A stretch of 63,416 nucleotides of DNA, filler included, from Reclinomonas americana ATCC 50394 (taxonomy: Eukaryota), in NCBI GenBank assembly GCA_048213135.1. It is 9 parts of 9 records of this genome, joined end to end, with 100 filler letters (N's around TTAATTAATTAA, not from the genome) between each part and the next. Parts side by side here need not be neighbours in the genome. Positions count along the whole stretch, not along the records: positions 23,442 to 31,324 come from PS016046.1; positions 31,425 to 37,061 come from PS016047.1; positions 37,162 to 43,902 come from AFZH01016544.1; 6 more parts are not named here. One strand, 5' to 3'. Made by a program: the position numbers and the translations under genes. This document shows, one piece after another, positions 29,402-41,705 of the stretch (position 1 is its first letter; each line of letters starts with the position of its first letter). A model generated the notes under the pieces. That model had not been told where the DNA came from. It saw nothing but the letters and a program-made list of their open reading frames with translations, and ran no database searches.

Positions 29402-31462
29402 TAAGACCACAAATGGACAGTGATGCTCGCGCAGGCCATTGTCCGATAGGCGCGCAAGAAAGGCAGACGCACGCGCACACAGAAGCTCGTCGATAGTGCA
29501 CAGTTGTTTGCGTGCACGCTTGTTTCGTTGCGCTCCTCGCCGCGACCAAAGTGGACAATCGACTGGTGGACAGTGCTCTCCCGCGCGGGCGACCGTTGCA
29601 CACACTTTTAACACCACACACGAATGTTCAAGAGCAGTGGCAACTTTGGTTTGCGCGCGTGTCTCTCTCTCAGTGCGTGTGTGTGTCTTCTCACATGGTT
29701 GCTCTTACAGGTGCGGAGACCTCGTTGTTGGCGGGTCTTGCGCTTGAAAAGTTGAGTTGAAAAACACAAAGTGAGCGCGCGTGTGTGTGTTTGTGTGTTT
29801 CCATGCGCATGACTGTGTGTGAGTNNNNNNNNNNNNNNNNNNNNNNNNNNNNNNNNNNNNNNNNNNNNNNNNNNNNNNNNNNNNNNNNNNNNNNNNNNNN
29901 NNNNNNNNNNNNNNNNNNNNNNNNNNNNNNNNNNNNNNNNNNNNNNNNNNNNNNNNNNNNNNNNNNNNNNNNNNNNNNNNNNNNNNNNNNNNNNNNNNNN
30001 NNNNNNNNNNNNNNNNNNNNNNNNNNNNNNNNNNNNNNNNNNNNNNNNNNNNNNNNNNNNNNNNNNNNNNNNNNNNNNNNNNNNNNNNNNNNNNNNNNNN
30101 NNNNNNNNNNNNNNNNNNNNNNNNNNNNNNNNNNNNNNNNNNNNNNNNNNNNNNNNNNNNNNNNNNNNNNNNNNNNNNNNNNNNNNNNNNNNNNNNNNNN
30201 NNNNNNNNNNNNNNNNNNNNNNNNNNNNNNNNNNNNNNNNNNNNNNNNNNNNNNNNNNNNNNNNNNNNNNNNNNNNNNNNNNNNNNNNNNNNNNNNNNNN
30301 NNNNNNNNNNNNNNNNNNNNNNNNNNNNNNNNNNNNNNNNNNNNNNNNNNNNNNNNNNNNNNNNNNNNNNNNNNNNNNNNNNNNNNNNNNNNNNNNNNNN
30401 NNNNNNNNNNNNNNNNNNNNNNNNNNNNNNNNNNNNNNNNNNNNNNNNNNNNNNNNNNNNNNNNNNNNNNNNNNNNNNNNNNNNNNNNNNNNNNNNNNNN
30501 NNNNNNNNNNNNNNNNNNNNNNNNNNNNNNNNNNNNNNNNNNNNNNNNNNNNNNNNNNNNNNNNNNNNNNNNNNNNNNNNNNNNNNNNNNNNNNNNNNNN
30601 NNNNNNNNNNNNNNNNNNNNNNNNNNNNNNNNNNNNNNNNNNNNNNNNNNNNNNNNNNNNNNNNNNNNNNNNNNNNNNNNNNNNNNNNNNNNNNNNNNNN
30701 NNNNNNNNNNNNNNNNNNNNNNNNNNNNNNNNNNNNNNNNNNNNNNNNNNNNNNNNNNNNNNNNNNNNNNNNNNNNNNNNNNNNNNNNNNNNNNNNNNNN
30801 NNNNNNNNNNNNNNNNAGGGAGGGAGGGAGGGGGAGAGGGAGGGAGAAGAGAAACAGAAAGAGAGAAGGATGGGTGTTGAGAGACCATGTATCTCTTCTC
30901 TGCTTCTCTTCGTTGTCCATGCACTCCCACAGACTGGCACTCCTTCTCTCTCCCTCACTGTCTCATGTGCTCTCTTCCTTCTCTCTCCACCTCATGTGTG
31001 TGCCTCACTTCGTCGTTGTCCACGCTTGCGCACACCATCTCTCTTTTACTCTTCTCTGTTCTCTCTTCAGCTCGTTTGTGCGTCTCCGTTCCAAGACAGC
31101 CGCTCTCGCTCACACTTTTCACGCATCCTGTCTTCCCCCTTCTCTTTTACTTGGTTTCCCCTCTCCGTCTTCCCCCCTGTCTTCCCCCTTCTCTTCCCCC
31201 TTGCTCTTCCCTCTTTCGTCTCCCCCCTTCCGTCTTCCCTCTTCGTCTCCCCCATCGTCTTCCCCCTTCTCTCCCCTTCTCTTCCCCTTCTCTTCCCCTT
31301 CTCTTCCCCTTCTCTTCCCCCTTCNNNNNNNNNNNNNNNNNNNNNNNNNNNNNNNNNNNNNNNNNNNNTTAATTAATTAANNNNNNNNNNNNNNNNNNNN
31401 NNNNNNNNNNNNNNNNNNNNNNNNGTGTGATCAAAGTAGCAAAGAGACAGCGTGTGTGTGCG

Positions 31463-31495
<33 letters not shown>

Positions 31496-31754
31496 GTGTG
31501 TATGCGTGTGCGAAGGAGAGAGAAAGAGAGAGCAAGAGTCACATAACGCGCGCGCGTGTTTCTTACTCGTGATATCAACGATCACAACTCAACACCCAGA
31601 CAGAGAAAGAGAGAGAGTGAGAGAGAGAGAGAGAGACAGAGAGAGAAAGCGCGCGCATAGGTGACGACTAAGGTGCGCCTTCGTGAGTGATCAATCACAA
31701 CTCAATGCACCAGTGTGCGATCAAAGTGCAAAAGAGACAGCGCGTGCGTGTGCG

Positions 31755-31801
<47 letters not shown>

Positions 31802-32181
31802 GGCGCGTGTGTATGTATATGTGTGCGTGAGGGAGAGAGAGCAAGACGTCACAGAACGCGCGCGCGACAGTGTACAAACGCACACACACACACACACACT
31901 CTCTCTCTCTCACACACACATTCACCTTTCGAGTTCGCCTCCGCATACTTATGCAACGCGCCAAACGTGGCATACCGCGAGCGACGCAGCGCATTTCCCT
32001 TCTCCAGTGGCGCAGGCGACATGATAGGCGGCACTCCTCCATTCACTGAGCCTCCTCCTCCACTCACACTGTTGCCACTGTCACTGAGAGAGGAGGAGCC
32101 GCCACTGCCACTGCTCATCATTCTGATTGCGCGTGAGTGTGACAGACTCGCGCGCGCGCGTGTGTGTCAAAGTAAAGAAAG

Positions 32182-32949
32182 ATGGAGAGCAAAGGCTGGC
32201 AAGTGTATGTCACCTCACTTGTGTACAATCGTTGCGTCTATGAGAGAGAGAGAGAGAGGCAGTAAGCAAGCTCTTACACTCTCACTTGCACACACTCTTG
32301 CACACTTGCACACACATACACACACACACACACACACACTTGCCCACAGACACACCCTTGCACACACACACACACACACTTGCACACTCTTGCCCACACA
32401 CTTGCACTCTCTTCTCACCCTTCTCTCTCTCTCTCAGGTGTTGTCTCTGACGCGTGTGAACGAGTGCGCGTGCTGTTGCGCTCTCAGAAGATTGAGTTTG
32501 AGGAGGTACACACACGCGCACGCATATCGTTGCCTGTGCGCTGTCTCTCACTCGTGTGCATGCAGATTGACATTGCAAGCAACAGAGAGTGTTTGGAGAC
32601 GATTTCGGCCATCTCTGGTCTGTCATCGTGTGCGTGCGTGCATGACAGCGCACAGTGATTGAGTGACTCTTTGTGTGTGTTGCAGGTACGAGACAGCTGC
32701 CGCAAGTGTTCTATGGCAACAAAGTTGAGTGTGTTGGTGGAGACAAGTGCCCTCGTGCCTCTCTTGCACTCACTCGCTGCTGTTGTTGTGCTACAGTACG
32801 TTGGAGTGCGTCTTCCCCTCCCGCCCTCGTCTTTCGTTTGTGTGTTGTGCTGCTCACGTTTGTCGGTGCAGGATCGGACCAAGCTCGACGAGTACAACGA
32901 GTGCGAGATGCTTGGGCAGCTGCTGGCCGAGTTCACGGGTCAGCAGTAA
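32182..32949 (+). CDS. Small glutaredoxin-like (SH3BGR/GRX-like) protein
   Basis: Spliced product MESKGWQVYVTSLVYN|RVVSDACERVRVLLRSQKIEFEE|IDIASNRECLETISAIS|GTRQLPQVFYGNK|YVG|DRTKLDEYNECEMLGQLL. Includes a 9-nt exon at 32797-32805. Confidence 0.8.
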
Positions 32950-33036
32950 CGACGCTGCTGCTGCTGTGGTGGCGGTCGTGCAATGAAAGCGACACTCTTC
33001 AATCTCTCTTGAGAACAACAGCTCGTCCACTCGCGC

Positions 33037-36000
33037 TCACAAGCGGAGCAGATCGTCTGGCGACTCCTCCACGTCGTCCTCCGACGGCAGCATGTCGAGT
33101 GCCTTGCGGATTTGTGGATTATCTGCACGACGACGACAACGACGAGTGTTGGTACGACGGGGTACGCAGCAGGGAGAGCGCATACACAAGCCGTCACCTT
33201 TGGTGTCGAGATCGATGGCCAGCGTAAAGTGATGCAGCGCCTTTTGCTTGTTGCCCAGCAGTTTGTACAGGCGGCCCAGCGAAAAGTGCACCGCGGATTC
33301 GCGTGGCGTCAGCTCCACGATGCGCAGCAGCTCGGCCAGTGCCTCCTGTGTATGTGGGAGAACGAGAGTGAGCAGACAGCGACACAGTGCCCCATCGCTG
33401 ATCACTTGCCTCGCCGTGGCCGACCGCGAGCAGCACCGCCGATTTCTTGAACTTGGCGAGTGGATTCGTCGGCGCAATGGCAATGGCCTCGTCGAGCATC
33501 TCCAGAGCGCGACTGTTGTCGCCGAGAGAGTGATATGCCTGGGGGAAAACAGCATCACAGTTAATCGCGAAAAAGATGACTGGCAAGAGAAAAAACGCGG
33601 ACACACACCATGCCAGCATACACGTACAGCACTGGGCTGGAGCGATTGACCGCCAACGCCTGCGCAAAGTGATAGCCGGCCACCCCGAACTTCTCCTGCC
33701 GCATGTACACGGTGCCGAGGCCGTACCTGTGACAACGGGAGAGGGTGAGTCGTGTATTGGCGAAAGCACGCGTCAAACAACAGCAGTGCACACCAGGCAT
33801 TGTAGTGTCGCTCGTCGCAGCGCAGAGCGGTGCGGTACGCACGAATGGCGCCCTCCAGGTCGTCGTTGGCGAAATGCTCGTGTCCGCACAGTGTGTGACC
33901 GTACGCAAAGTCGGGAGCCACTCGCACGGCCTGCACACATGCAGCAAGTGAGTGGCATGTCACGAGAGAGCTCTGCACACAACACGCACTCTCTCAAAGT
34001 ACTTGATGGCCTGCATGTGCTCCTTGTTCAGGCTCATGGCATTGCCAGCAGCCACCAGTGCGTGCGGATGAGTGGGCATGACTTGCAGCAGCGACTGCGT
34101 CAAGTAGCTGTGGGCGGAAAAGGTATGCGCTTTTCTGAGTCCTCATCACCTTCTTCCCACGCACACGGTATGCAACAAGAAAAACGCAACGCCAAGTCCA
34201 CATCCTTGCGCAGATGCCACAACAGGGTTGAGTAGTACTGCAATCCGTCGATGCGCCACGGCTCGCAGCGACGAGCGCGCTCAAACACCTCGGCACCCTG
34301 CGCATCGCTTGTCAGCACGAGGAAAGCATCCCCGATCGATCGGGAGGCACCCCCCACATGCCTTCTTGTACTCGGCCATCTCAAAGTACGCGCGCCCAAC
34401 ATTGACCAGAATCCAACCGCTCTCGAAATGCGTCCTCTCCAGCTTGGCAAAGTGCTTGACAGCATCGGTGCACTTGTATCTGGTGTCGGTGGACGAATGA
34501 AATAAGAATCATGAACACGCAGCATGGATACTGTACCGACAACGCAACAAGCAGTTCAGACGATACGCATCGCCCACAATCTCCAGGAAACTGAGCAACT
34601 TGCTGGCCGAGCTCTGATCCACATGGAACTGCGTGCGCGACGTGAAATGAGTCACCAGCTGCCATTCCCTGGGAGGCAAAAGCTCGTACCCTCAACACGG
34701 CGTCGACCGCCACCAGGCTGCCGACTCCCGCAGATGCTGCAGTGCCGGCAGCGGGCGCAGACTTTGAGCCAGTGGCAGCACTGCCGATGCCGCCGCCGCT
34801 GCTCCCGTGCATGGGCATGTCACGCTTGCGGCTCTTCTTTTCTTGCGGTCGCGGGGCCAGTGGAGCTGAAGTTGACAAATACGAATGTGAACACACTGGC
34901 ACACCAGCACACCACATCCTCTTCCGCCACATACACACTCACCACTCCTCTGCGCCTCCCCACCGGCCGCTGCGGAGGAAGTTGTCGTGCTGTAGGCTGC
35001 TGCAGCAGCAGTGGCGGCGGCGGCCTCCTCGGCGGCTTGCATGGATTTCGGATAGGGCGGTGTCTCGAATGACACGCTGCGTTTTTCGCGCGAATTGCGG
35101 CGCGGACGCACGACTTCCTCGTCCACCTGCTCCACCTCTTCCTCCTCCTCCTCGTCCTCGTCACCCTCCAGCTCCTCGCCGGTGCCCTCCTCCACCAACG
35201 TGATGCGCCTTCGGTGCGTGTCCTCGTCCGACTCCTCCGACGATGCTCCGCGACGACTCAGGCCGCCACGCAGCGGCAGATTGCGTGCACGAACCGGGGC
35301 GCGCGGTGGAGCACTGGGCGTGGATCCAGCGCCAAGCGATCGCCGTGTTCGTACACCAGGTGTGCTGCCGGCGGTGGCCGGGGTCGCCATGCCACCACCA
35401 CCAGCCGCCACTGGCGGAGTGAATGGTGGACCCATGGCACCGGGCGCCGACGACGCACTGAGCACCTCCTCGAGTGAGCAACGCCAGCAAAACAACAGTG
35501 CATTACGCTTAAAGAGTGAAACGCAACGGCGTGCCGCCCAGAGAGCCCCGGGTGCGCATGCGAGTGGTCGGAGCACCTCCTGATGTGGGGGCGTTGGGTG
35601 TCGACGCCGACCACCCCTCACCATCCGAATCTTGGTTGTCGTCGCCACCGGCAGCTGCAGTCGCCTCGTCCCCCTCGCCGTCGTCGCCTCCACGCGGCAC
35701 TTGCGACGAGTCGGGTGTGCTTTGCATTCTCAGCGTCTGGCGTGTGACCGGGCGACGCACAATCTGCGCAAACGGAGGGTGGCGAGTGAGGGAAAAAAAT
35801 GTCGCATTTAAAGGAGCGAGTGAGAGTTCGCATACACACCGGCTTCTTGGTGCGCGTCTTCTTCTCCACCTGACGCGGTGCCGGTGGAGGCACTGTGGCA
35901 GGATCGGTGCTCACGTCGGGAGTCTCGTGCGCGGCAGGCTCGGTCAATCGAGGCAACGGCGCGGGCGTGGCCAGCTCGGCACTCATGTCCAGCGAACGAC

Positions 36001-37677
36001 CTGTGTTATCATGAGCAAGATACGCCACGCAACGCACACAACAACACACTGTCGACGCACCTTGCGCCACCGGCGACGGTGAGACGAACGCACTCTGTCG
36101 ATGTTGGCTCGCTGTGTTCATGAATGCACTGCGAGAAAGAGGTGAGGCGCGAGGGAGAGACACTCAGACCACAGAACAGCAAACCTCGGCTGCGATCGCG
36201 GGGTGGTGAACAGTAATCGCGTTGGCGCCGAAGGCGTCTGCTGCATGGGTTGCGCGTGGCCGAGCGACGTCGCGAACACCACATCATCTTCAGCCGGAGC
36301 CTCATTCTCGTCGTTCTCGCGCGCTCCCGGTGCATCGCCCAGAGGCGTCACTGAGCGCACAACGTGAGCGACGCACACACATACCGACGACGGCGGCGAC
36401 TAACACACCGTCTCGCACGGTGGCCATGCTTGTGGCTCCAGCAAAGAGACCGCCAAGCGCCATGTACTCGGCACTCTGCGACTGCTCAAACTCACTGGCC
36501 CGCGCGCCACTGAAACAATCGTGCACATCCACATCGGCGCCTGATCGCACGCGCACATGTAAGTAACCACACACACACGCACGCACGCGCGCACCTAGAC
36601 ACAGTGCACGCACCAAGCTCGCACAGCTCCTGATACGCGCACCACATGAACGGGCACAGGCGCAGACTCATTTGCAGATGCTCAATCGCCTTTGGTCGAT
36701 GCCCCGATCGCCTGTGCCCAGCGTCGCCCCCTCCTCAGCATCCATCTCCACGAAGCCAGCACACGCACACACAACGCACATACGCACCGATACACCAAGC
36801 CCAACCAGTACTGCTGCTGCGCCGACTGCGGCAACTCCTTCAGCAGCAGCTCGGCCTCGTTGAATCGACGCAGCTTGATGCACGTCGACGCGTACACGTA
36901 CTGCAAGCGATGCAGCCACTCGCCGTGCGACAAGCCACGCACAGGCGGCAGTTGCTGACACAATGCATTTCAGCGAAGAGATAGAGAGAGAAGAAGAAGG
37001 AGAAGGAGGAGGTGGAGGAGGAGAAGAACAAGAACAAGAAAGAAGAAGAAGAAGAGAGAGANNNNNNNNNNNNNNNNNNNNNNNNNNNNNNNNNNNNNNN
37101 NNNNNTTAATTAATTAANNNNNNNNNNNNNNNNNNNNNNNNNNNNNNNNNNNNNNNNNNNNCCAGGCACACAGACAGACGCACTGGCAGGCAGGCAGGCA
37201 GGCACAGAGAGAGAGACACAAAAGAGATGAGGATGAGCACTCACTCGCTCTTCTCTCTCTCTTCTCTCTCTCACACACCTGATCGCGTTTCGCTTGCAAC
37301 ACAAGTCGCGGCACGGTCTCACGCATAAAGTGATAGGCCATCTCATGACGATTAGACTGCGTGCGTGTGTAACGAGTGAGAGACTCCACAGAGAGAGAAA
37401 GGCGCGAAAAAATCACCATCACCAAAGTGACTCCCAACAAGTACGCAGCAGGCGTAGTAGGCGCGCTCAGTGAGGCAGCTGTGTCAAGTGCCGCCAGCGA
37501 GGGTGCGCCTAGTGTTGAAGTCGACGAGGACGAGGCGCGTGACTTTGATGAGGATGTTGTGTCCTTGTGTCGAGCAGCGCGACTTGCGTGGAACGCGCGC
37601 TCGGCAAAGAAGACGGCGTTGTCGGGAAGCAGGTTCTGCAGTGACCATAGAGTCACATCCCACACTGACTCGTCCAT
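33037..37677 (-). CDS. CDC27: Anaphase-promoting complex TPR subunit CDC27/APC3
   Basis: N-terminal DNAVFFAERA and CPFMWCAYQELCELG, then a long low-complexity linker. TPRs YYSTLLWHL, FAYGHTLCGHEH, RHYNAW|YGLG and PRESAVHFSLGRLYK. Confidence 0.9.
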
Positions 37678-37758
37678 GTTGCAATCTTGTGTGACACAAG
37701 AAGGACAACAGAAAAAACTGAGATAAGAAATTTTACACTCTCTCCTCTCTTCGTTTTC

Positions 37759-38692
37759 TCACGGTGCGGTGACTGACTGAGAAACCCCGGACGCAGAAGC
37801 GAGGCCGGAGACCTCACTCGGGTGATCATCGGCTGTCGGCATCGCAGCGGCGGCAAAGTCATCGGCGAAGCGCTGCTCAAAGGCGGTGATCAGTGACTCG
37901 ACGTGCGCGGTGCGATCTCGCTGGCTCCTCAAGGCGGTTCGGAGCTTGTCTGCCTCCTCACGAAGCCGCGCGTTTTCTGCGTGCAACCGCGCGTTTTCTA
38001 CCTTGGCGCGTTCGAGCTCTGCAGCCGCGGCGCGACCGTGCTCGCCGTTTCGCGTGGCCTCGTCGGCGCGCTGCTTGGCGTTCTTGGCCTCCTGCTTGGC
38101 CGCCTGAGACTCCTTTTTGTAGTTGTCACGCTCTGTGCGCTGGTGTGATGAGCAGAGAAGCGTTGTTGCTGGCAGAGAGGAAGAGAAACGCACCTTCCTC
38201 CACCGACTTGATGATCTCGGCGTCTTGCCGCCTGGTCCTCGCCAGCTCGGCCTTGAGTTCCTGCAGCTCGCGCTCCAACGCCGGGTTGCTGACGACAAGG
38301 GGAGCCTGAACTGGAGGCTGTGGCGGTGGCAGTGGGGCAGGCTCAACTCCGCTTGGACCGCCCGGTGTCACCTGAGCAGCATACACGGCAGGAGGTGCAG
38401 CTGCGGAGACTCGGCCGGCCGGCGCCGCCTCCACCACTTCCAGCGCCTCGGAGAACCTCGCCTCCTGTAGGAACTTGTGGAAGCGCTCAGAGAAGTAGGG
38501 TAGAGCGAGGCGTGCGTTCTCCGCTTGTTGTCTGATGTCAGTCGTCGACAACCCGCCGTGGCTGAGTGCCGACACTGCGTTTGACAGTTGCGCAAAGTAT
38601 GGCTGATTGACGTGTGTTCCCGCCTTCTTGGGCATGGAGACAACGAGGTCTGCCAGAATGATTCGCGCCGCGTCTATTGTCAGCGACGACAT
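37759..38692 (-). CDS. Unknown protein A: about 85-aa helical N-domain (PKKAGTHVNQPY), Pro-rich linker, coiled coil
   Basis: Two-exon ORF (intron about 38132-38193). Paralogous to the adjacent gene B. Confidence 0.7.
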
Positions 38693-38966
38693 GGGTGTGG
38701 TGAACTCGCAGAACACAAGAGTGAAAGAGTGGATTTTGCCGGAAACGATGCTGTCCTGTCTTTTCCTGTCGTTTCCGGCATGCATGATGATCGTTGCCAC
38801 ACGGCGATTCTCGCTGATATGTCATTCTTGCTATCTTCTTCTTCGCAGGATTCGCGTGGCGCGGCGGATGGTCGCAGAGCTCACGGATTGTCGTCTGACA
38901 ACAGAGAGGACGATTTGCGCGATCGCATGACGGAAAAAAAGACCACGCTTTCATGCTGACCCTCCA

Positions 38967-40018
38967 TCAACCCTTTCGATTGCCGCCGTGTCCGCGGAGC
39001 AGCGCGGAAACACGCGCCGCAGCCTCCTCCACTTCGCAGCTGAGGTGCGCTTCGGCTGCCTCCACCATGCTGTCAATGCTGCGAAGCCGACTGTCCGCAT
39101 CGTCCACCTGCGCACGCAATTCCGCGTTCTGCCGTACCTGCGCTGCCAGCTGCCGTTGCAAGTCGGCCACCTGTCGCACTGCATCTTCCCTCTGCTGCAT
39201 CGCAGCGTCGCGCTCTCGACGGAGAGCGGCGGTTTCTGGATCGCGTAATCAGCGAAAACGTACCGACACACAGACCACGATCATTATGTCGCTCACACAC
39301 CTTCGCGAAGCGTACTGCAAGTGACCCTAAGATCGGCAAGTTCGGCAACCACGGCCGCAGCCGCGGGAGCAGTGCTGCTGAACGAGGCGGACGGCACGTG
39401 CGCCTGGTCATCCGCGGCGCTCGCAAATTGACTCGCCAGTGACATCATCGGCCGCACAGGGTGAGGGGCAGAGGCCGCTGGAGGGAGAGCAGAGGATAGT
39501 GGAGACAGCGTCGGGGGCACGCGCACAGGCGGTGGGCTGACGGTCCACGAGCCCAACAGGCCGGCCGACAGGAAGTTGCTGCTGCTGCTGGAGGAGAGAG
39601 ACCATGACGACGATTCGAGTGCGGTCGGTGCCGCTGCGGCGGCTGCAGAGGCGGCGGTCACTCCTGTCACCGACTGCGGGGACATGCAGGAGTCGGAGCT
39701 GGCGCAGGAGCCAGCGTCGCGATCAGAGATCGAGCAGAGGAGCAGTGGCGCAGAATCCGGCAGCAGCACACTGAATGCGGCCTCCATCTGCCGCTCTTGC
39801 AGAAACTTGGCGATGCGAGCCGACTTGAACGCTTGTGCATGGGCGCGGGCCTCTTCCACCAACACGCGCACCTGCGTAACGCTCTGTGTGCCACTCGCCA
39901 GCAGGCCGAGATTAGCAATCAGATGCCTGCAGTACGGCTGCCCCGCGTGTGTGCCTGCTTTCTTGGGCAGATCAGCGGCGATGCCTTGGAGACATCGATG
40001 CGCCTCGTCAACGCTCAT
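38967..40018 (-). CDS. Unknown protein B: paralog of A (PKKAGTHAGQPY), Ser/Pro linker, coiled coil
   Basis: MSVDEAHRCL... exon spliced to ETAALRRERDAAMQQRE..., stop at 38967. Confidence 0.7.
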
Positions 40019-40174
40019 GTTCGTGTGTGCGCGTGTGTGAGAGCGCGCGGAGAAAGCAATGTCAGATCGTCGCGCGTCGGAAAACGACAGGTTACAAAGT
40101 CCCGTCACATCCATTCGCACTGCGTCACAAGGGCACACAAACGCGCCGGCCTCGACTGCAACGTCCACGTGTCA

Positions 40175-41176
40175 ATGGGAGCCACTGAGTCCACTCTGAC
40201 AAAAACCGGCGAAGAAGAAGAAGAGGAGGCGGCCGTGAATGAGGCACTGTCGTTTGCGCGCAGTGTGCTGGGCGTGAAGACGCCATCGATGAGTGCGGCA
40301 GTGATCGCACTGGCGGCCTACTTACAGCGACAAGACACCGAGGTCACTGAGCAGTGGAACAGCGAGAATGTGACGCGTATGACCGAGAACATGGACGTGC
40401 TGTGTGAGCACGGTGCGGAGGCGCTGCGGGAGTGGAGGCGGACAAGTCGTCACATGCACGACTTGTGTCGCAATGTGCGAGTGGTGACGGGGGTGGGGAG
40501 TGGAGCGAGAGTTGCTGATCGCGATGATGATGGGGATGCTGATGGAGAGAGCGTGTTGCCAATCATCAAAGCAGAGGTGTTTTTAGCCACCGCGTGTTGT
40601 GATCGTGGTGGGCCACTTGTGCGCGCTCACATTGGCACTGCGCAGGTGCAACCGCTGCCAACATTGTGTGAGGAGTTTGGAGTGGGCGAGCTGCAGAGCT
40701 GGGTCGAAGTTGACACGCAGGAGGAACCAGATCTGGACTTGACTCTGGCAGCTGCCGATCACGAGGGATTCATCGTTGTCGATGCGGACGAGGCTGAGAC
40801 CAGGGGCGAGTCTGTGGAAGACGTTGTAGTAGCTGGTGAAAGAAGTAGCAGCAGCTTGGCACTTGCAGGAACGCGGATCGCGGTGTTGGATCCGAGCGGA
40901 CACGAAGCGAACGCACTGTGGTCCGACGAGGTGCTGGCAGCGATCGCACTCGCGGTAGGCGACGGCTGCCACGCAGCGCACTACCTCGGTATTGCACCAG
41001 AGCATTGCCGCCGTCGACTGCTGTGTGTCCGCGCCGAGCACGACGAGGAGGAGGCTGGTGGTGAACCCGAGGCAATCGACGCGCGTGTGAATCGCGTGCT
41101 CGGCGACTTGACACGCCGTCTGCAGGGTGAGCGGTGCTGCGTGCCAATAGGAGAAGGTGACTGTGACTGTGACTGA
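40175..41176 (+). CDS. Unknown acidic single-exon protein with possible N-myristoylation (MGATES)
   Basis: 333-codon ORF with protein-like composition and an MGxxxS N-terminus. No family recognised. Confidence 0.6.
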   Translation: MGATESTLTKTGEEEEEEAAVNEALSFARSVLGVKTPSMSAAVIALAAYLQRQDTEVTEQWNSENVTRMTENMDVLCEHGAEALREWRRTSRHMHDLCRNVRVVTGVGSGARVADRDDDGDADGESVLPIIKAEVFLATACCDRGGPLVRAHIGTAQVQPLPTLCEEFGVGELQSWVEVDTQEEPDLDLTLAAADHEGFIVVDADEAETRGESVEDVVVAGERSSSSLALAGTRIAVLDPSGHEANALWSDEVLAAIALAVGDGCHAAHYLGIAPEHCRRRLLCVRAEHDEEEAGGEPEAIDARVNRVLGDLTRRLQGERCCVPIGEGDCDCD

Positions 41177-41574
41177 ATCGGTGCTTGCAGTGTCGCTCTC
41201 GGAGCCATCGACTGGCGTGGTGGTGCTGACCACGGATCAAGCGGTGGCCGACGACGCTGATTCACTCGTGCACCGTGCCGTGTGTGCCCATGTGGGACCA
41301 ACGCGCTGTGTAGTTATTCACTGTCGCAGCAGATCGGTGAGCACGTGCCTTGGTGTGTGTCGACTGATTTCGCGTTGGCTCACCCGTGATATATACCTTG
41401 TCGCACGTGTGTAGGAGTTGTCTACGAGCGGCCTGTCAGCTCTGACGCAATTCTCCAGTGCGCTTTTCAACTACAGCAGCGTACCCACATGGGCGCCAGT
41501 GACGGCAACCTCCGCCAGAGCAACATGTATGTAAAATACCGCTCATGATGCAAGTACGCCAAGCGAGAACGACG

Positions 41575-41705
41575 AGAGAGCAGAGCGAGAGGGAGCAGAG
41601 CGACAAGGGATGAGAAGCAGAGCGACGCAGAGGAGCACGAGCGACACAGGGAGCAGAGCGACAGGGAAGCAGAGTGACGAGGGGGCAGAGCGACACGGGG
41701 CAGAC
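41575..41705. repeat. Degenerate AGAGCGAC-type minisatellite
   Basis: Recurrent GCAGAGCGAC(A) units. The reverse complement resembles the GTCGCT repeats in the amidase intron. Confidence 0.6.

Noticed and set aside
29608..31380. Long ORFs of 350-530 aa
   Set aside because: They consist almost entirely of X from the N-gap and low-complexity flanks.
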